In this document: in pieces, positions 1 to 9,487 of the stretch
How the letters are laid out: each line of letters starts with the position of its first letter
Position numbering within the stretch: the stretch's first letter is position 1
NCBI GenBank assembly: GCA_044376115.1
Contig: JBILLK010000021.1
Span: 96,001 to 160,000, forward strand
Direction of reading: 5' to 3'
Source of the DNA: Polyangiaceae bacterium
Lineage (GTDB): Bacteria > Myxococcota_A > Polyangia > Polyangiales > Polyangiaceae
DNA length: 64,000 nt
Program-made: the position numbers and the translations under genes
The notes under the pieces: model-generated
What the model saw: the letters and a program-made list of their open reading frames with translations, nothing else
Told to the model about the DNA's origin: nothing
Database searches by the model: none

Positions 1-480
1 GGCGGCGTGGGCAGCTTTGCCGTGCAGATCGCGCGGGCGCTCGGCGCAGAGGTGACCGCCGTTTGCAGCGCGCGCAACGTTGCACGGGCGCGCGCACTCG
101 GCGCGGCGCAGGTGATCGACTACGGCGTTAGCGACTTTGCTGACGCCGAACAAACCTACGATGCGATCTTCGATCTCGTCGGCTGGACGCCGCTGCGTCG
201 TTGTTTGGCGAGGCTCCGTCCGCACGGCGTGTACGTGTCTTCGGCTGGACGTATCGCGCGGGTGCTCGAGGCCGCTATCGCTTCCTTGTGGCCGAGGTCG
301 CGCGTGAAGCTGCTGACCACGAACGCCAACCCCGAGGACCTCGCGACCCTCGCCTCGATGACCGAGCGCGGGCTGATCACCCCGGAGATCGACCGCTACC
401 ATCCGTTGGAAGAACTCCCGCAGGCGCTGCGAACGCAAGGACTCGGGCACGCCCGCGGCAAGTCGGTGGTGGTGCTGTGA
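1..480 (+). CDS. Zinc-binding alcohol dehydrogenase / NADPH:quinone reductase family, C-terminal part (5' truncated by window edge)
   Basis: GGVGSFAVQIARALGAEVTAV nucleotide-binding segment, LGAAQVIDY, YDAIFDLVG, C-terminal GHARGKSVV typical of MDR/QOR proteins. Confidence 0.85.
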   Translation, partial: GGVGSFAVQIARALGAEVTAVCSARNVARARALGAAQVIDYGVSDFADAEQTYDAIFDLVGWTPLRRCLARLRPHGVYVSSAGRIARVLEAAIASLWPRSRVKLLTTNANPEDLATLASMTERGLITPEIDRYHPLEELPQALRTQGLGHARGKSVVVL

Positions 481-500
481 GAGCCGCGCGGTTCCGACCG

Positions 501-1754
501 TCAATCGGGGGTAACGCAGTCCAGGCGAAAGAGCCCGATCGTGAAGCTATCTGACAGCTGGAACTGCGGATAGGCGAACAGGATCGAGCTGTCGTCGAGG
601 CCACCGACCAGCATCGCGATCTCTTCGTTGGACGAGACAACGTCAACCGCAAGCGGCAAGCTCAGCGTCTGGTTTTCGCCGTCGGAGACGATGAGCGAAA
701 TTCCGTCGATGGTCCGCCGTGAGATCACGAAGCCATCGCGCCAGGGCGTGAACATGGTTGAGGTGTCACCGAAGCGGTACGAGTCGGTCCAAGGAGCTTG
801 GACAAGCGCGCCAGACCGGTCCAACGAGTACACGACGATGCCGTCGCCCGGATTGGATATGGCGTAAAAATAGCCACCCTCCCGACGCGCGAGGAACTGC
901 TTGTGCGGCTTGAACGGCAGCTCGAAGCCGCCGAAAGAGACCAGCTGATCACCGTCGAGTCGGTACAAATCAGCGCGCGGCGCAACGTCACAATACCACT
1001 CGGTTCCGCGGCTGATGAACGCACCGCCTTCAGGTTCATGAACGACCCGAGTTGTACGGCACGGCCCATCGACAAGCGGAGCGATCGGCGTCGGCTCCGC
1101 CGAGAACGTCGCTAGCGAGGAGAGCTGCTCGTTGCCGGTTCCGTCCCCGGAGACGATCAGCGCGCCGCCTTCGGACTGGGTGCGTGGAAAGCCCTCGAGC
1201 CACGTTTCCTCGAACGCCCGAACCACCCCAGGCGCAGCAAAGGAGAAGAACCCGCGAACGCCGAAGTTCAGCGCGAACACCCCGTCCTCACTGGTTTCGA
1301 GAGGCCCAGGCGTACTTAAGGTACTGGCGCTGAGCTGGGACTGCGCTGGCTCGATCATAAGAGGCGGCCAGTCACCAAAGGCATCTTCCACCGTGAGCGA
1401 CCAGAGCGTCGCGTTCTGTCCTGGAATACCCGTGGTGTAAGTGAGCCCCGCACGCTCATCACCGAACGCCCCGAGCCGCACATCGCCGGTCATTTGTGGA
1501 ACGACGATCTGCACCTGCTCCCCCGCCGAAACGAGCTGCTCACAACCAGGCACCGGAAACGGACCCTCACCGCCCACGCCGCCTGTGCCACCTCCTCCGT
1601 TCGGCGACGCAGCGCCAGCAGCGCCTAACCCCTCGCCGCCCACACCGCCCTGCCCACCGACCGTCGTGGTCCCGCCGCCTCCGTCGTTCGGAAGGACGCG
1701 GACGTCACGGCAGCCGAGGGCGGCCAAAGCCAGCGTCAACAGCGTGCGTGACAT
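501..1754 (-). CDS. Hypothetical lipoprotein with Gly-rich linker
   Basis: ATG at 1754 gives MSRTLLTLALAALGC (lipobox), a GGGGG linker, then a beta-rich domain. Confidence 0.65.
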   Translation of the reverse strand: MSRTLLTLALAALGCRDVRVLPNDGGGGTTTVGGQGGVGGEGLGAAGAASPNGGGGTGGVGGEGPFPVPGCEQLVSAGEQVQIVVPQMTGDVRLGAFGDERAGLTYTTGIPGQNATLWSLTVEDAFGDWPPLMIEPAQSQLSASTLSTPGPLETSEDGVFALNFGVRGFFSFAAPGVVRAFEETWLEGFPRTQSEGGALIVSGDGTGNEQLSSLATFSAEPTPIAPLVDGPCRTTRVVHEPEGGAFISRGTEWYCDVAPRADLYRLDGDQLVSFGGFELPFKPHKQFLARREGGYFYAISNPGDGIVVYSLDRSGALVQAPWTDSYRFGDTSTMFTPWRDGFVISRRTIDGISLIVSDGENQTLSLPLAVDVVSSNEEIAMLVGGLDDSSILFAYPQFQLSDSFTIGLFRLDCVTPD

Positions 1755-1901
1755 CCGGTACACCGTTGCGCTTGGTCCACGCGCACGAGCTAAGCACGAA
1801 ATGGCGGGCGTGGTACGCAGCCGAAGCGTGCGCGCGCGGAGCCGTGGCGCGCCGCCCACAAGCTATGCCCTCGCGGCGGGGCCCATGGTAAGAGCCTGGG
1901 C

Positions 1902-2936
1902 ATGACTCGTTCGAGGGCGTTTGCCCTACAACTCGCCGTTCGGCTTGCGCTCCCGCTGCTCCCCGCCGTGCTGATCGCACAACCGGCAGAGGCTGCAGTG
2001 GTCGAGAAAATCGCCGCGGTGGTAGGCGATGATTCGATCTTGCTGAGCGAGGTTCGCGCGCGCGCAACACCGCTATTGCGGGCGATCATCAAGCAGGTCC
2101 CGGCGGGTCCGCAGCGCACCGCCGCCGAGTCGCAGGTGCTCAAAGAGACGCTCAACCGCATGGTGGAGGAGCTGCTCGGTCAGCAGGCTGCAGACCGTCT
2201 CAAGCTGAGCGTGACCACGCAAGAGGTGGACAAGGCCATCGCGAACATCGCAGCCCAGCGCAAGTTGACGCTGGCCCAGCTGTTCACTTCCGTCGCTGAG
2301 CAAAGCGGCTTTACCGAGGTGGAGTATCGCGCGGAGATTCGTCGTCAGGTGCTTGAAGGCAAGTTGCTGAGCCAACGGGTTCGCGGTCGTTTGCGCATCA
2401 CCGAGGAAGATCTGCGCAATGCCTTCGCTCGCAGCGTGCGTGAAGAACGAGAGCGTCGCGAATACCGCGCTTCATGGATCGTGATCAAGGTCCCGCCCGA
2501 CGCCACGCCCGCCGTTACCAACGCCCTCGAAACCAAGTCGAAGGAGATCCATCAGAAGCTCTTGGCCGGCGGCAACTTCGCCGAGCTCGCGGCCGCATAC
2601 TCCGAAGATGAAAAGTCCAAGGAGAAGGGCGGAGACATCGGCGTGCACGCGCCGATCAAGTCCACCGCGGCACAGAACGGGCGGCGGCCGGCGTTGGCCA
2701 AAGGCATCGAGGATCGTTTGGTGCCGCTCGAGCCCGGCGCCTTCACTGAGTCCTTCCGTTTCCAGGACGCCTTCTTGATCGTCTCGGTCACTGCGCGCGC
2801 ACCCTCGCGCTTCACCACCTTTGACGCAGCCAAAGAAGAAATGGCCGCCCGCGTGCAGAATGAAATTCTGGCGCGCGAGAAGACGGCCTGGCTCGACGAT
2901 CTGAAGAAGCGCACCTTCATCGCAACGCGGCTCTGA
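1902..2936 (+). CDS. surA: SurA-type periplasmic chaperone / parvulin peptidyl-prolyl isomerase
   Basis: Signal peptide, VVEKIAAVVGDDSILLSEV SurA N-domain start, FAELAAAYSED..SKEKGGDIG parvulin motif. Confidence 0.8.
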   Translation: MTRSRAFALQLAVRLALPLLPAVLIAQPAEAAVVEKIAAVVGDDSILLSEVRARATPLLRAIIKQVPAGPQRTAAESQVLKETLNRMVEELLGQQAADRLKLSVTTQEVDKAIANIAAQRKLTLAQLFTSVAEQSGFTEVEYRAEIRRQVLEGKLLSQRVRGRLRITEEDLRNAFARSVREERERREYRASWIVIKVPPDATPAVTNALETKSKEIHQKLLAGGNFAELAAAYSEDEKSKEKGGDIGVHAPIKSTAAQNGRRPALAKGIEDRLVPLEPGAFTESFRFQDAFLIVSVTARAPSRFTTFDAAKEEMAARVQNEILAREKTAWLDDLKKRTFIATRL

Positions 2937-2952
2937 GTCAGCTCGACGTTTC

Positions 2953-3360
2953 ATGAGCGGCCGCAAGCAAGCTTGGCAAGCGCCTCCTGATTGCTTGCCC
3001 TGCGGCCGTTGCTGTTTCAGCGAGGACGAGAGCTACCTCCAGCTCTTCGGGCTGGACGTGGCGCGCATGCTCCCTGCCGACGAACGCCATTTGCGGCGCG
3101 ATGGCGAACGCACCTTCATGAAGCTCGTCGGCGGGCGTTGCAGCGCCTTCGTGGTGGACGCGCTCGAGCTTGATTCGCCGGTCAAATTGACCCGCCCCAA
3201 GGGCGAGACACGCCCGCTCTTCGGCTGCTCGATCTACGAACGCCGGCCCGACGTATGCCGCGCGCTGCAACGCGGTACCAGCTCCTGCCGCTTCGAGTAC
3301 GAACGCAAACTCGATCGGCCCGACGTGCTACTGGCCAGCTTGCGTAAGAAGGCACCGTAG
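2953..3360 (+). CDS. YkgJ-family (CxxCxxCC) cysteine cluster protein
   Basis: CLPCGRCC and CSIYERRPDVCR motifs. Confidence 0.85.
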   Translation: MSGRKQAWQAPPDCLPCGRCCFSEDESYLQLFGLDVARMLPADERHLRRDGERTFMKLVGGRCSAFVVDALELDSPVKLTRPKGETRPLFGCSIYERRPDVCRALQRGTSSCRFEYERKLDRPDVLLASLRKKAP

Positions 3361-3418
3361 GCGGAAGCCGCTTAGCTGCGAATTGCGACCGCGCAGGCGG
3401 GTTGGCTAGACTCTGACC

Positions 3419-3589
3419 ATGCTCGCGCGTGTCCTCGCTCTCACGGCGCTCGCCACCGTGGTCGCCGCAGGGTCTTCGCCTCGTCGGAGTTCGCCACATC
3501 GCACCGCGGCGCCATCCGCTGACTCGCATGCGCCTTCACCGAGGGCACGGTTCTGGGCGGCGCACAAAGCAGCTGTCAGCCGCCGTTAG
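3419..3589 (+). other. Small 56-codon ORF with signal-peptide-like start; possible gene remnant
   Basis: MLARVLALTALATVVAAG..., preceded by TTGCGA-N18-TAGACT-N6-ATG; below the ORF-track size cutoff. Confidence 0.3.
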
Positions 3590-3618
3590 CGCCCCCGCGA
3601 GTAGAAGCTTCGGCCCGC

Positions 3619-4008
3619 TCAGCGCACCACGGTCTCGAACGTCGGCGGCTCGAGCAGCGACTTCTTTACTTTGCAATTCTCCACGGCCCTCACGATCGCC
3701 GCACGATGGGTCTCCGGGAAGCCCGCGGGCAATTGCAGCTCGTAGCGCACCGCGGTCACGCGGCCACTCTTTGCGTCGTATTCATGCCGTTGCGTAAGGC
3801 CGAGCCCCTCGGTGGGAAGGCCGCGGGCCTGACAAAAACCAAGCGCGTAGATGCCGGCGCAACTCGCGAGCGCGGCCAAGAAGTACTCGTACGGGCCAGG
3901 CTGAGCTCCAGCTCCGCCGAGCTCGACCGACTGATCGGTGTGAACCACGAACGAGCCAAACGCCGCATCGACCTGCTTACCGCCGGGGAACGTAACTTCG
4001 ATGTCCAT
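3619..4008 (-). CDS. OsmC family protein
   Basis: TDQS..GG....PGPYEYFLAALASC and later C(KVKK), the OsmC/Ohr two-cysteine pattern. Confidence 0.85.
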   Translation of the reverse strand: MDIEVTFPGGKQVDAAFGSFVVHTDQSVELGGAGAQPGPYEYFLAALASCAGIYALGFCQARGLPTEGLGLTQRHEYDAKSGRVTAVRYELQLPAGFPETHRAAIVRAVENCKVKKSLLEPPTFETVVR

Positions 4009-4109
4009 GTCGCTGTGAGTCCGCGCGCGCGCGAAAGGATTCGAACGTAGTCGCTGAATGTGAACGAGGCTCGCTTGACGAAGAGTGGCGCCAGCAGTCT
4101 AGTCGCAGC

Positions 4110-4835
4110 ATGAAACTAACTTGGATCGCGCTTGCGGTAGTGGGGCTCTTGGCTTGCGGGGATGACAGCACGAGTGGTGGCGGTGGCAGCGGCGGTAACG
4201 TAACCGGAGGTGGTGGCGCGGGCGGCGAGAGCACCGGCGGCGGTGGCTCGGGCGGCAACACGGGTGGCGGCGGCGCAGGCGGTAATGCGACCGGCGGCGC
4301 GGGTGGCAACACCAGCGGTGGTGGCGGCGCCGGCGGCACCGCGAACGATCTCAGCCAATGCCAGAACAACGGTGATTGCCCCGACGGCGGGACCTGCATC
4401 GAGCTGATTGCGGGCTATCGCGTGTGTCAGCAGCCGATCGAGCCGGCAACGAAGTGCAGCACAAGATTCGACAGCTGCTGCGACACCAGTGACTGCGATA
4501 CCGGGACCTGTTTGTACGGCCCGCTGGTACCGCTGTGCGCCGGCGTGAAGTTGAAGCCCACCAACGCCTGCGGCTCCGACCTCTGCGCCAGCGACGCCGA
4601 TTGCGGCCCTTCGGGCATCTGCGCTCCGGCCGGCACCTTCGGCAACTTGGTGCGCGCCTGCCTCGACAACCAATGCGATGGCAGCTGCAACTGCGGCCTG
4701 GTGGAAGAGCCCTGCTGCCAAAACGTGATTGGCCTCTTGTGCGTCGTGGATTGTCAAAGCAACAGCGACTGCGGTCCCGACAAATTCTGCGAAGCCGGCA
4801 CCTGCCAAGACGGCTTTCCGCTCTGTCCGCTCTGA
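4110..4835 (+). CDS. Cys-rich lipoprotein with Gly-rich linker
   Basis: LLACGDD lipobox, GGGGAGG repeats, repeated C-x3-DC modules. Confidence 0.75.
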   Translation: MKLTWIALAVVGLLACGDDSTSGGGGSGGNVTGGGGAGGESTGGGGSGGNTGGGGAGGNATGGAGGNTSGGGGAGGTANDLSQCQNNGDCPDGGTCIELIAGYRVCQQPIEPATKCSTRFDSCCDTSDCDTGTCLYGPLVPLCAGVKLKPTNACGSDLCASDADCGPSGICAPAGTFGNLVRACLDNQCDGSCNCGLVEEPCCQNVIGLLCVVDCQSNSDCGPDKFCEAGTCQDGFPLCPL

Positions 4836-4847
4836 AGAACGATGTGC

Positions 4848-5975
4848 CTAAGGCGCAGCTCCGTCGAGAAAGACGGGCTGCGTCAAGGCGAACCGCCCTT
4901 CCGAGCTAACGCGAAATCGCACGTAGCGACCGGCGTCTTTGGTAGGGACATACACAAGGCGTTTGCCTGTGGCTTGATGAACGGTGCGCCCCCCTTCGCC
5001 GATAACCGCGAAGGCTGCACTGCCTTCACTAACCTCCAAGGTGCAGCGTTCTCGCCCGAGCTCCAAGGTCGTGAACGTCACGCCTGTGGAGCCGTAGAAG
5101 TCCCCGCGAATCACGGCTTGTTTGATGGCCGAAGGACTCTTCTCGGCGCGCACCATCACAAAGCCGAGGTTGCCAGGGTAGGGCTGGCCGCCCAAACGCT
5201 TTAGCTCCGCTGCGTCATTGTAGTTGTGCGCGTCGTCGGTCACGGCCGCCCACAACCGCACGCCCCGTGAAAGCACCTCGTCCCAAAGAGCCTCCGTGGA
5301 AGGGTGGTTGGCGTCGCCAGCGTTTTGACTATCCCAGGATTGGTTGCCTACCTCAAGCAGGGTCAGGCCATGTGCAGCAGTCGCTACAATTGTATCTACG
5401 TCAGCGCCGTACTGCATATTGGGGTGGTTGAGCATGGCAACAGCGCTGGTGTTCACGGCCCACTCGACAGACTGCGAATAGAGCTCGGTTCGCTTGCCAT
5501 ACTGAGGCCGCTTGAAAGGCTGCCTACCGAGCGACGCCTCAGTGAACAACGCGTTGATGTGCAGGAGGCAAGCATCTCCTGGTTGCGGTTCCGGGTCGCA
5601 GGAGCGGGAATTGTGAGTTAGCTCAATGCCGGGCAAGGTGAGCAGCTGACTGTCTGGAGTGTCGGTTACGGCATTGTGATCCGTAAACACAATAAAGTCG
5701 TAGCCGCGCGCCTCATAAAAGCTTTGCACCTCGGCTGCTGGGGTATCGCTGTCACCGCTTGCGTTGGTATGGGCATGAAGCTGGCCCTTTAGAAATCCCG
5801 CGACCGCGGCTGGCGGCTTTTCATCCAAGCTGACCGCGGCTGGTGCCTTCGGTAGCGAGGTTGGACTTTGCGCCGGTCCACCGTCCGTCGCTTGCGGCCC
5901 TGCGCGCCCCCGCTCGCACGAAAGCAGCAGCGCTGCGAGGATGACGAACCTGCGCTTGCCGCCTATCGCGCTCAC
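4848..5975 (-). CDS. PHP-domain (CehA/McbA-like) metallohydrolase, lipoprotein
   Basis: KGQLHAHT..SGDS, FTDHN, NHP and DDAH PHP motifs; LLSC lipobox. Confidence 0.8.
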   Translation of the reverse strand: MSAIGGKRRFVILAALLLSCERGRAGPQATDGGPAQSPTSLPKAPAAVSLDEKPPAAVAGFLKGQLHAHTNASGDSDTPAAEVQSFYEARGYDFIVFTDHNAVTDTPDSQLLTLPGIELTHNSRSCDPEPQPGDACLLHINALFTEASLGRQPFKRPQYGKRTELYSQSVEWAVNTSAVAMLNHPNMQYGADVDTIVATAAHGLTLLEVGNQSWDSQNAGDANHPSTEALWDEVLSRGVRLWAAVTDDAHNYNDAAELKRLGGQPYPGNLGFVMVRAEKSPSAIKQAVIRGDFYGSTGVTFTTLELGRERCTLEVSEGSAAFAVIGEGGRTVHQATGKRLVYVPTKDAGRYVRFRVSSEGRFALTQPVFLDGAAP

Positions 5976-6082
5976 CGCGGGAGAGTAGCAGCTCGACGAA
6001 GTGGGCCGCCGCTCTGCTCGATTCCGTCGGAATGATGCTGCATAAAAGCGAGCTGTGCTTTAGGTGTGCTAACGCCAAGCCC

Positions 6083-6394
6083 ATGAAGGCAATGACGATT
6101 CTGCTCGTGGGCTGCGGTCTGTTGATAGCTGCTTGTGGTGACTCCGGCACGGGTGATGGCGGAGGCGACGTCTCCAATGACCCGGGCCGCGAGGTGGAAG
6201 GCTGCTTCGACTGCACTGACACCGAGTACTGCTTGATCATCTCCGGAGCCGCCGGGGACAAGAACCACTGCGCGGAGGCCGCCTGCGGCACCGAGTGCGA
6301 CTGCATCATCGAAGACGGCGGCACCCGGCTTGAGGTCTGCCAAACGCAGTACAGCTGCCAAGACGGCAGCGGCCTACTCTATTGCTTCGAGTGA
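6083..6394 (+). CDS. Small Cys-rich lipoprotein
   Basis: IAACGD lipobox followed by multiple cysteines. Confidence 0.65.
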   Translation: MKAMTILLVGCGLLIAACGDSGTGDGGGDVSNDPGREVEGCFDCTDTEYCLIISGAAGDKNHCAEAACGTECDCIIEDGGTRLEVCQTQYSCQDGSGLLYCFE

Positions 6395-6406
6395 TGCTGG
6401 GGAGGC

Positions 6407-6427
6407 AGGCCGGGTTCCGCCCGGCCT
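6407..6427. terminator. GC-rich hairpin between convergent genes
   Basis: AGGCCGGG-ttccg-CCCGGCCT perfect 8-bp stem between stop codons at 6394 and 6434; no strong U tract. Confidence 0.4.
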
Positions 6428-6433
6428 TGACGC

Positions 6434-7432
6434 TCAGCGCTGAGAAGACGGCAACCTGTGCATCGCAAAGAGCTGCTCGAGCGTCAGAGCCTCGTTCGCG
6501 GGTGCCTTCGTTTTCGCGCTGAACTGCGCGAGCGGATCGCGCTTGAAGCTGAGCCTGGTGCCATCGAAGTCGGCGAGGCGAGAGAAGCCTTCACGCGTGA
6601 CCCGCGGCGGAGCGCAATCAGGCTCGCGTCCAAGCATGCTGCTCACGTCCTCGAACGATTCGCGCGCGAGCGGGACCTGGGCGCAGCGCGGTCGCCCACC
6701 CTCGAGGCCGCAGACCACCCAGCTGCGTTCACTCGCGCCAGTGACCCTGCAGTCGCCGAGATCCGAGTCGTGCGACTCGTTCTCCACCACGCCAGCCCAA
6801 AGCGTGTCCGGCACGGTCGACGCGGTCACCTCGATCGAATGGGAGAAGCCACCAACCCCGCTCGAATAGTTCTCGGCCAAGAGCACGGTGTCCCAACCGG
6901 TCGCCGACTGGATGAGGAGGTGCACCTCCTCCGGTCCGCCCAGGGCTTGCACGCGCACGATGGTGGTGGTGAAAAGGCCGTTGTCGTCGCTCTCTTGGAG
7001 GCTCGTAAGCTCGCCGCGACAGTCGTTATCGAAGTCGCGCCGCACGCGTTGACAGTACGCCTGCGTCAAGTAGTGGATGGCGAGCTCTTGCGGCTGCAGC
7101 ACCAGGGGCGGCTCCACCGCTTCACGCTGCTTTTTGCGAGCATCGAGCAGTTCGGCCACCTGCTGATCGTAATGCGCATCAACGGACGGCGCCGCTGTCA
7201 CCACAGCGACACCAGCGCTGGTCGGTTGAATCACCGGGCCCGGACCATGAGCGCCAACACGCTCCACATAAGCCCCCGCGTGAGAGCTACAGGCCGAACA
7301 AATCATCAAGGGTAGGGACAACAACCAACTTGTCGCACGCGCTCGCATCTTCCTCTGCAACGCTGCGCTCAAAACCCTCATTCCCCGGCGCTGCCAGGGC
7401 CCGCTCGGCGCGCGTCCCTGCAATTCGGTCAC
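6434..7432 (-). CDS. Hypothetical exported protein / lipoprotein (start uncertain)
   Basis: 332-aa ORF with ICSACS lipobox-like segment; GTGA overlap with the upstream gene. Confidence 0.55.
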   Translation of the reverse strand: MTELQGRAPSGPWQRRGMRVLSAALQRKMRARATSWLLSLPLMICSACSSHAGAYVERVGAHGPGPVIQPTSAGVAVVTAAPSVDAHYDQQVAELLDARKKQREAVEPPLVLQPQELAIHYLTQAYCQRVRRDFDNDCRGELTSLQESDDNGLFTTTIVRVQALGGPEEVHLLIQSATGWDTVLLAENYSSGVGGFSHSIEVTASTVPDTLWAGVVENESHDSDLGDCRVTGASERSWVVCGLEGGRPRCAQVPLARESFEDVSSMLGREPDCAPPRVTREGFSRLADFDGTRLSFKRDPLAQFSAKTKAPANEALTLEQLFAMHRLPSSQR

Positions 7433-8004
7433 ACGTACTGGCCGAGCTCACGCTCGAAGGGCGCGCGCTCAGCGAAGCTCTCGATCTTGACGCCGGCGAG
7501 CGAGACGATCGCGCTGGCTGCGCTGACGCCCATGCGTACGAGACGGTCCTTGGCCAGGAAGCGCGCGCTGTGGACGTTGCGGAAGGAGGCGGCCACCCAG
7601 CTCGTGAGCTCTTGCCGCGCAGTCGAATCGTAGCCCGTCATCGCCTCCCAATCGTGGAAGGTGTCGAAGGTGAGGCCCTTCTCGAACGATGGGCCGATGA
7701 CCTCCACCCAGCGCTTCGCCATCGCGTGCGATAGGTGGCCCTCCACCACCGTCAGCAGCACGCCGACCTTGGGTAGGAAGATCTCGAGCTTGCCCCGCGG
7801 CTCCGCGACGCGAACGACGCACGTCGTCCGCGCGCGCTGCAGAACGGGGGAAGATGGCGAGACGGGCAATCGGGCGCACGTTAGCACCCTGGACGCTGCG
7901 GCGCGAACGGCCACGGATACGCACGGGCGACGGGTCTGCTCATTCAAGTTTTGCGCGCGCTGATCCGTTAGGCGCAAAGTCGCCCGCGAGCAGCGTGCCG
8001 TCAC
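7429..8004 (-). CDS. Hypothetical protein (STAS/SpoIIAA-like small alpha/beta domain); true start probably near 7820
   Basis: FHDWEAMTGYDSTARQELTSW segment; the N-terminal part overlaps the neighbouring ORF. Confidence 0.5.
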   Translation of the reverse strand: MTARCSRATLRLTDQRAQNLNEQTRRPCVSVAVRAAASRVLTCARLPVSPSSPVLQRARTTCVVRVAEPRGKLEIFLPKVGVLLTVVEGHLSHAMAKRWVEVIGPSFEKGLTFDTFHDWEAMTGYDSTARQELTSWVAASFRNVHSARFLAKDRLVRMGVSAASAIVSLAGVKIESFAERAPFERELGQYV

Positions 8005-8407
8005 CTTCCGTAACGTACTTGCCGTCTTTCAGCACACTCTTGGCTTGGCCTTCGACAGCGAAGTCCCCAGCCCAACCTTGGCCATCGAGATTGCGCGCGT
8101 TCAGTCGGAAGGTTGCCTCGCCGTTGGGCCCTTTGACCGTCGATAACACGCTCACCGAGTCTTGGCCGGAGATGGCGTGGAGTACGTTGCGCTGAAGGCG
8201 CCGCGCGACCGTGAGTGACACCGACGCCGGGCTACCAACGACAGCGGTTACGCGAGGGTCCTTTTCGACCAGCTCGACCGCACCGACGACGGGTGGCGCC
8301 CAACGAGCGAACAAATGGTTGCCGAGTGCGAGCGCGACCACGAGGCAAACGACGACCGCTATCCCAACGCGTCGACGACCTGCGCTTGTCTTTCCATCCG
8401 TGGCCAT
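7940..8407 (-). CDS. Hypothetical membrane-anchored protein
   Basis: Single N-terminal hydrophobic helix, 155 aa. Confidence 0.55.
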   Translation of the reverse strand: MATDGKTSAGRRRVGIAVVVCLVVALALGNHLFARWAPPVVGAVELVEKDPRVTAVVGSPASVSLTVARRLQRNVLHAISGQDSVSVLSTVKGPNGEATFRLNARNLDGQGWAGDFAVEGQAKSVLKDGKYVTEGDGTLLAGDFAPNGSARAKLE

Positions 8408-8548
8408 GGCCGCATCAAACGGTGGCCCGACGGAAAGTCAAGGCTTCCGCTGCGGTCGCCGCACGGTCACGCGCTCGAGCGGATTCGCTTCGCTTGGCAC
8501 CGGCGCAGGCACCCTGCTACCCCTCAGAGCCGAAATGAGCACTCAGCA

Positions 8549-9478
8549 ATGAGCCCGCACGCAGCCGCTTGGCCCTACCCCATCGGCGTCCCCGGTACGC
8601 CTTGGACCGCGCAGGAGAAGGAAGCGTGGGTCGCGCGGCAACGCGTGCAGCGCAGCTACCACGAGCACGTCGTCAGCAAGCTCGAGGCGCTCGGAGCGCC
8701 GTTCGAGTCGACCCGTTACGGCGCACTGACTCTCGATCCGAGCCGCTATCCGCTGTTCTCCGTCACGCTGCGTTGCTCGCAGCCCAGCGCACCATGGGCG
8801 CTGATCACCGGTGGCGTGCACGGCTACGAGACGAGCGGCGTGCAAGGCGCGCTGGCCTTCCTCGCGTCGCATGCAGAGCGGTACCGCGAGCGAGTGAACC
8901 TGCTGGTGGTGCCCTGCGTCAGCCCGTGGAGCTACGAGGTGATCCATCGTTGGAACGCTCGAGCGCTCGATCCGAATCGCAGTTTCGCCAAGGCCGGGCA
9001 AGCCGAAGAATCGCTTGCGTTGATGCAGCACGTCGAAGGGCTTGGCGTTCGCTTCGCGTTGCACCTCGATCTGCACGAGACCACCGACAGCGATGAGACC
9101 GAGTTTCGGCCGGCGCTGGCCGCGCGCGACGGCAAGAACTTCGAGCCGAACGGCATCCCCGACGGCTTCTACCTCGTAGCCGACAGCGCGAACCCCGCGG
9201 CGGCCTTCCAAGCCGCCGTGATCGAAGCCGTTGCGCACGTGACCCACATCGCGCCGCCCGACGCCGAGGGCAACATCATCGGCAGCCCGGTCACCCAGCC
9301 GGGCGTCATTCACTACGACTTCAAAGCGCTCGGACTGTGCGCCGGTATGACCGACGCTCGTTTCACCAGCACCACCGAGGTGTACCCCGACAGCCCGAAA
9401 GCCACGCCCGCAACCTGCAACGCCGCGCAGGTGGCGGCGATCTGCGCCGCGCTCGACTACGCACTGGCCAACGCTTGA
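8549..9478 (+). CDS. M14 family metallocarboxypeptidase (succinylglutamate desuccinylase-like)
   Basis: GGVHGYE zinc motif, DPNRSF, DLHE, TTEVYPD. Confidence 0.85.
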   Translation: MSPHAAAWPYPIGVPGTPWTAQEKEAWVARQRVQRSYHEHVVSKLEALGAPFESTRYGALTLDPSRYPLFSVTLRCSQPSAPWALITGGVHGYETSGVQGALAFLASHAERYRERVNLLVVPCVSPWSYEVIHRWNARALDPNRSFAKAGQAEESLALMQHVEGLGVRFALHLDLHETTDSDETEFRPALAARDGKNFEPNGIPDGFYLVADSANPAAAFQAAVIEAVAHVTHIAPPDAEGNIIGSPVTQPGVIHYDFKALGLCAGMTDARFTSTTEVYPDSPKATPATCNAAQVAAICAALDYALANA

Positions 9479-9487
9479 AGACGAACC

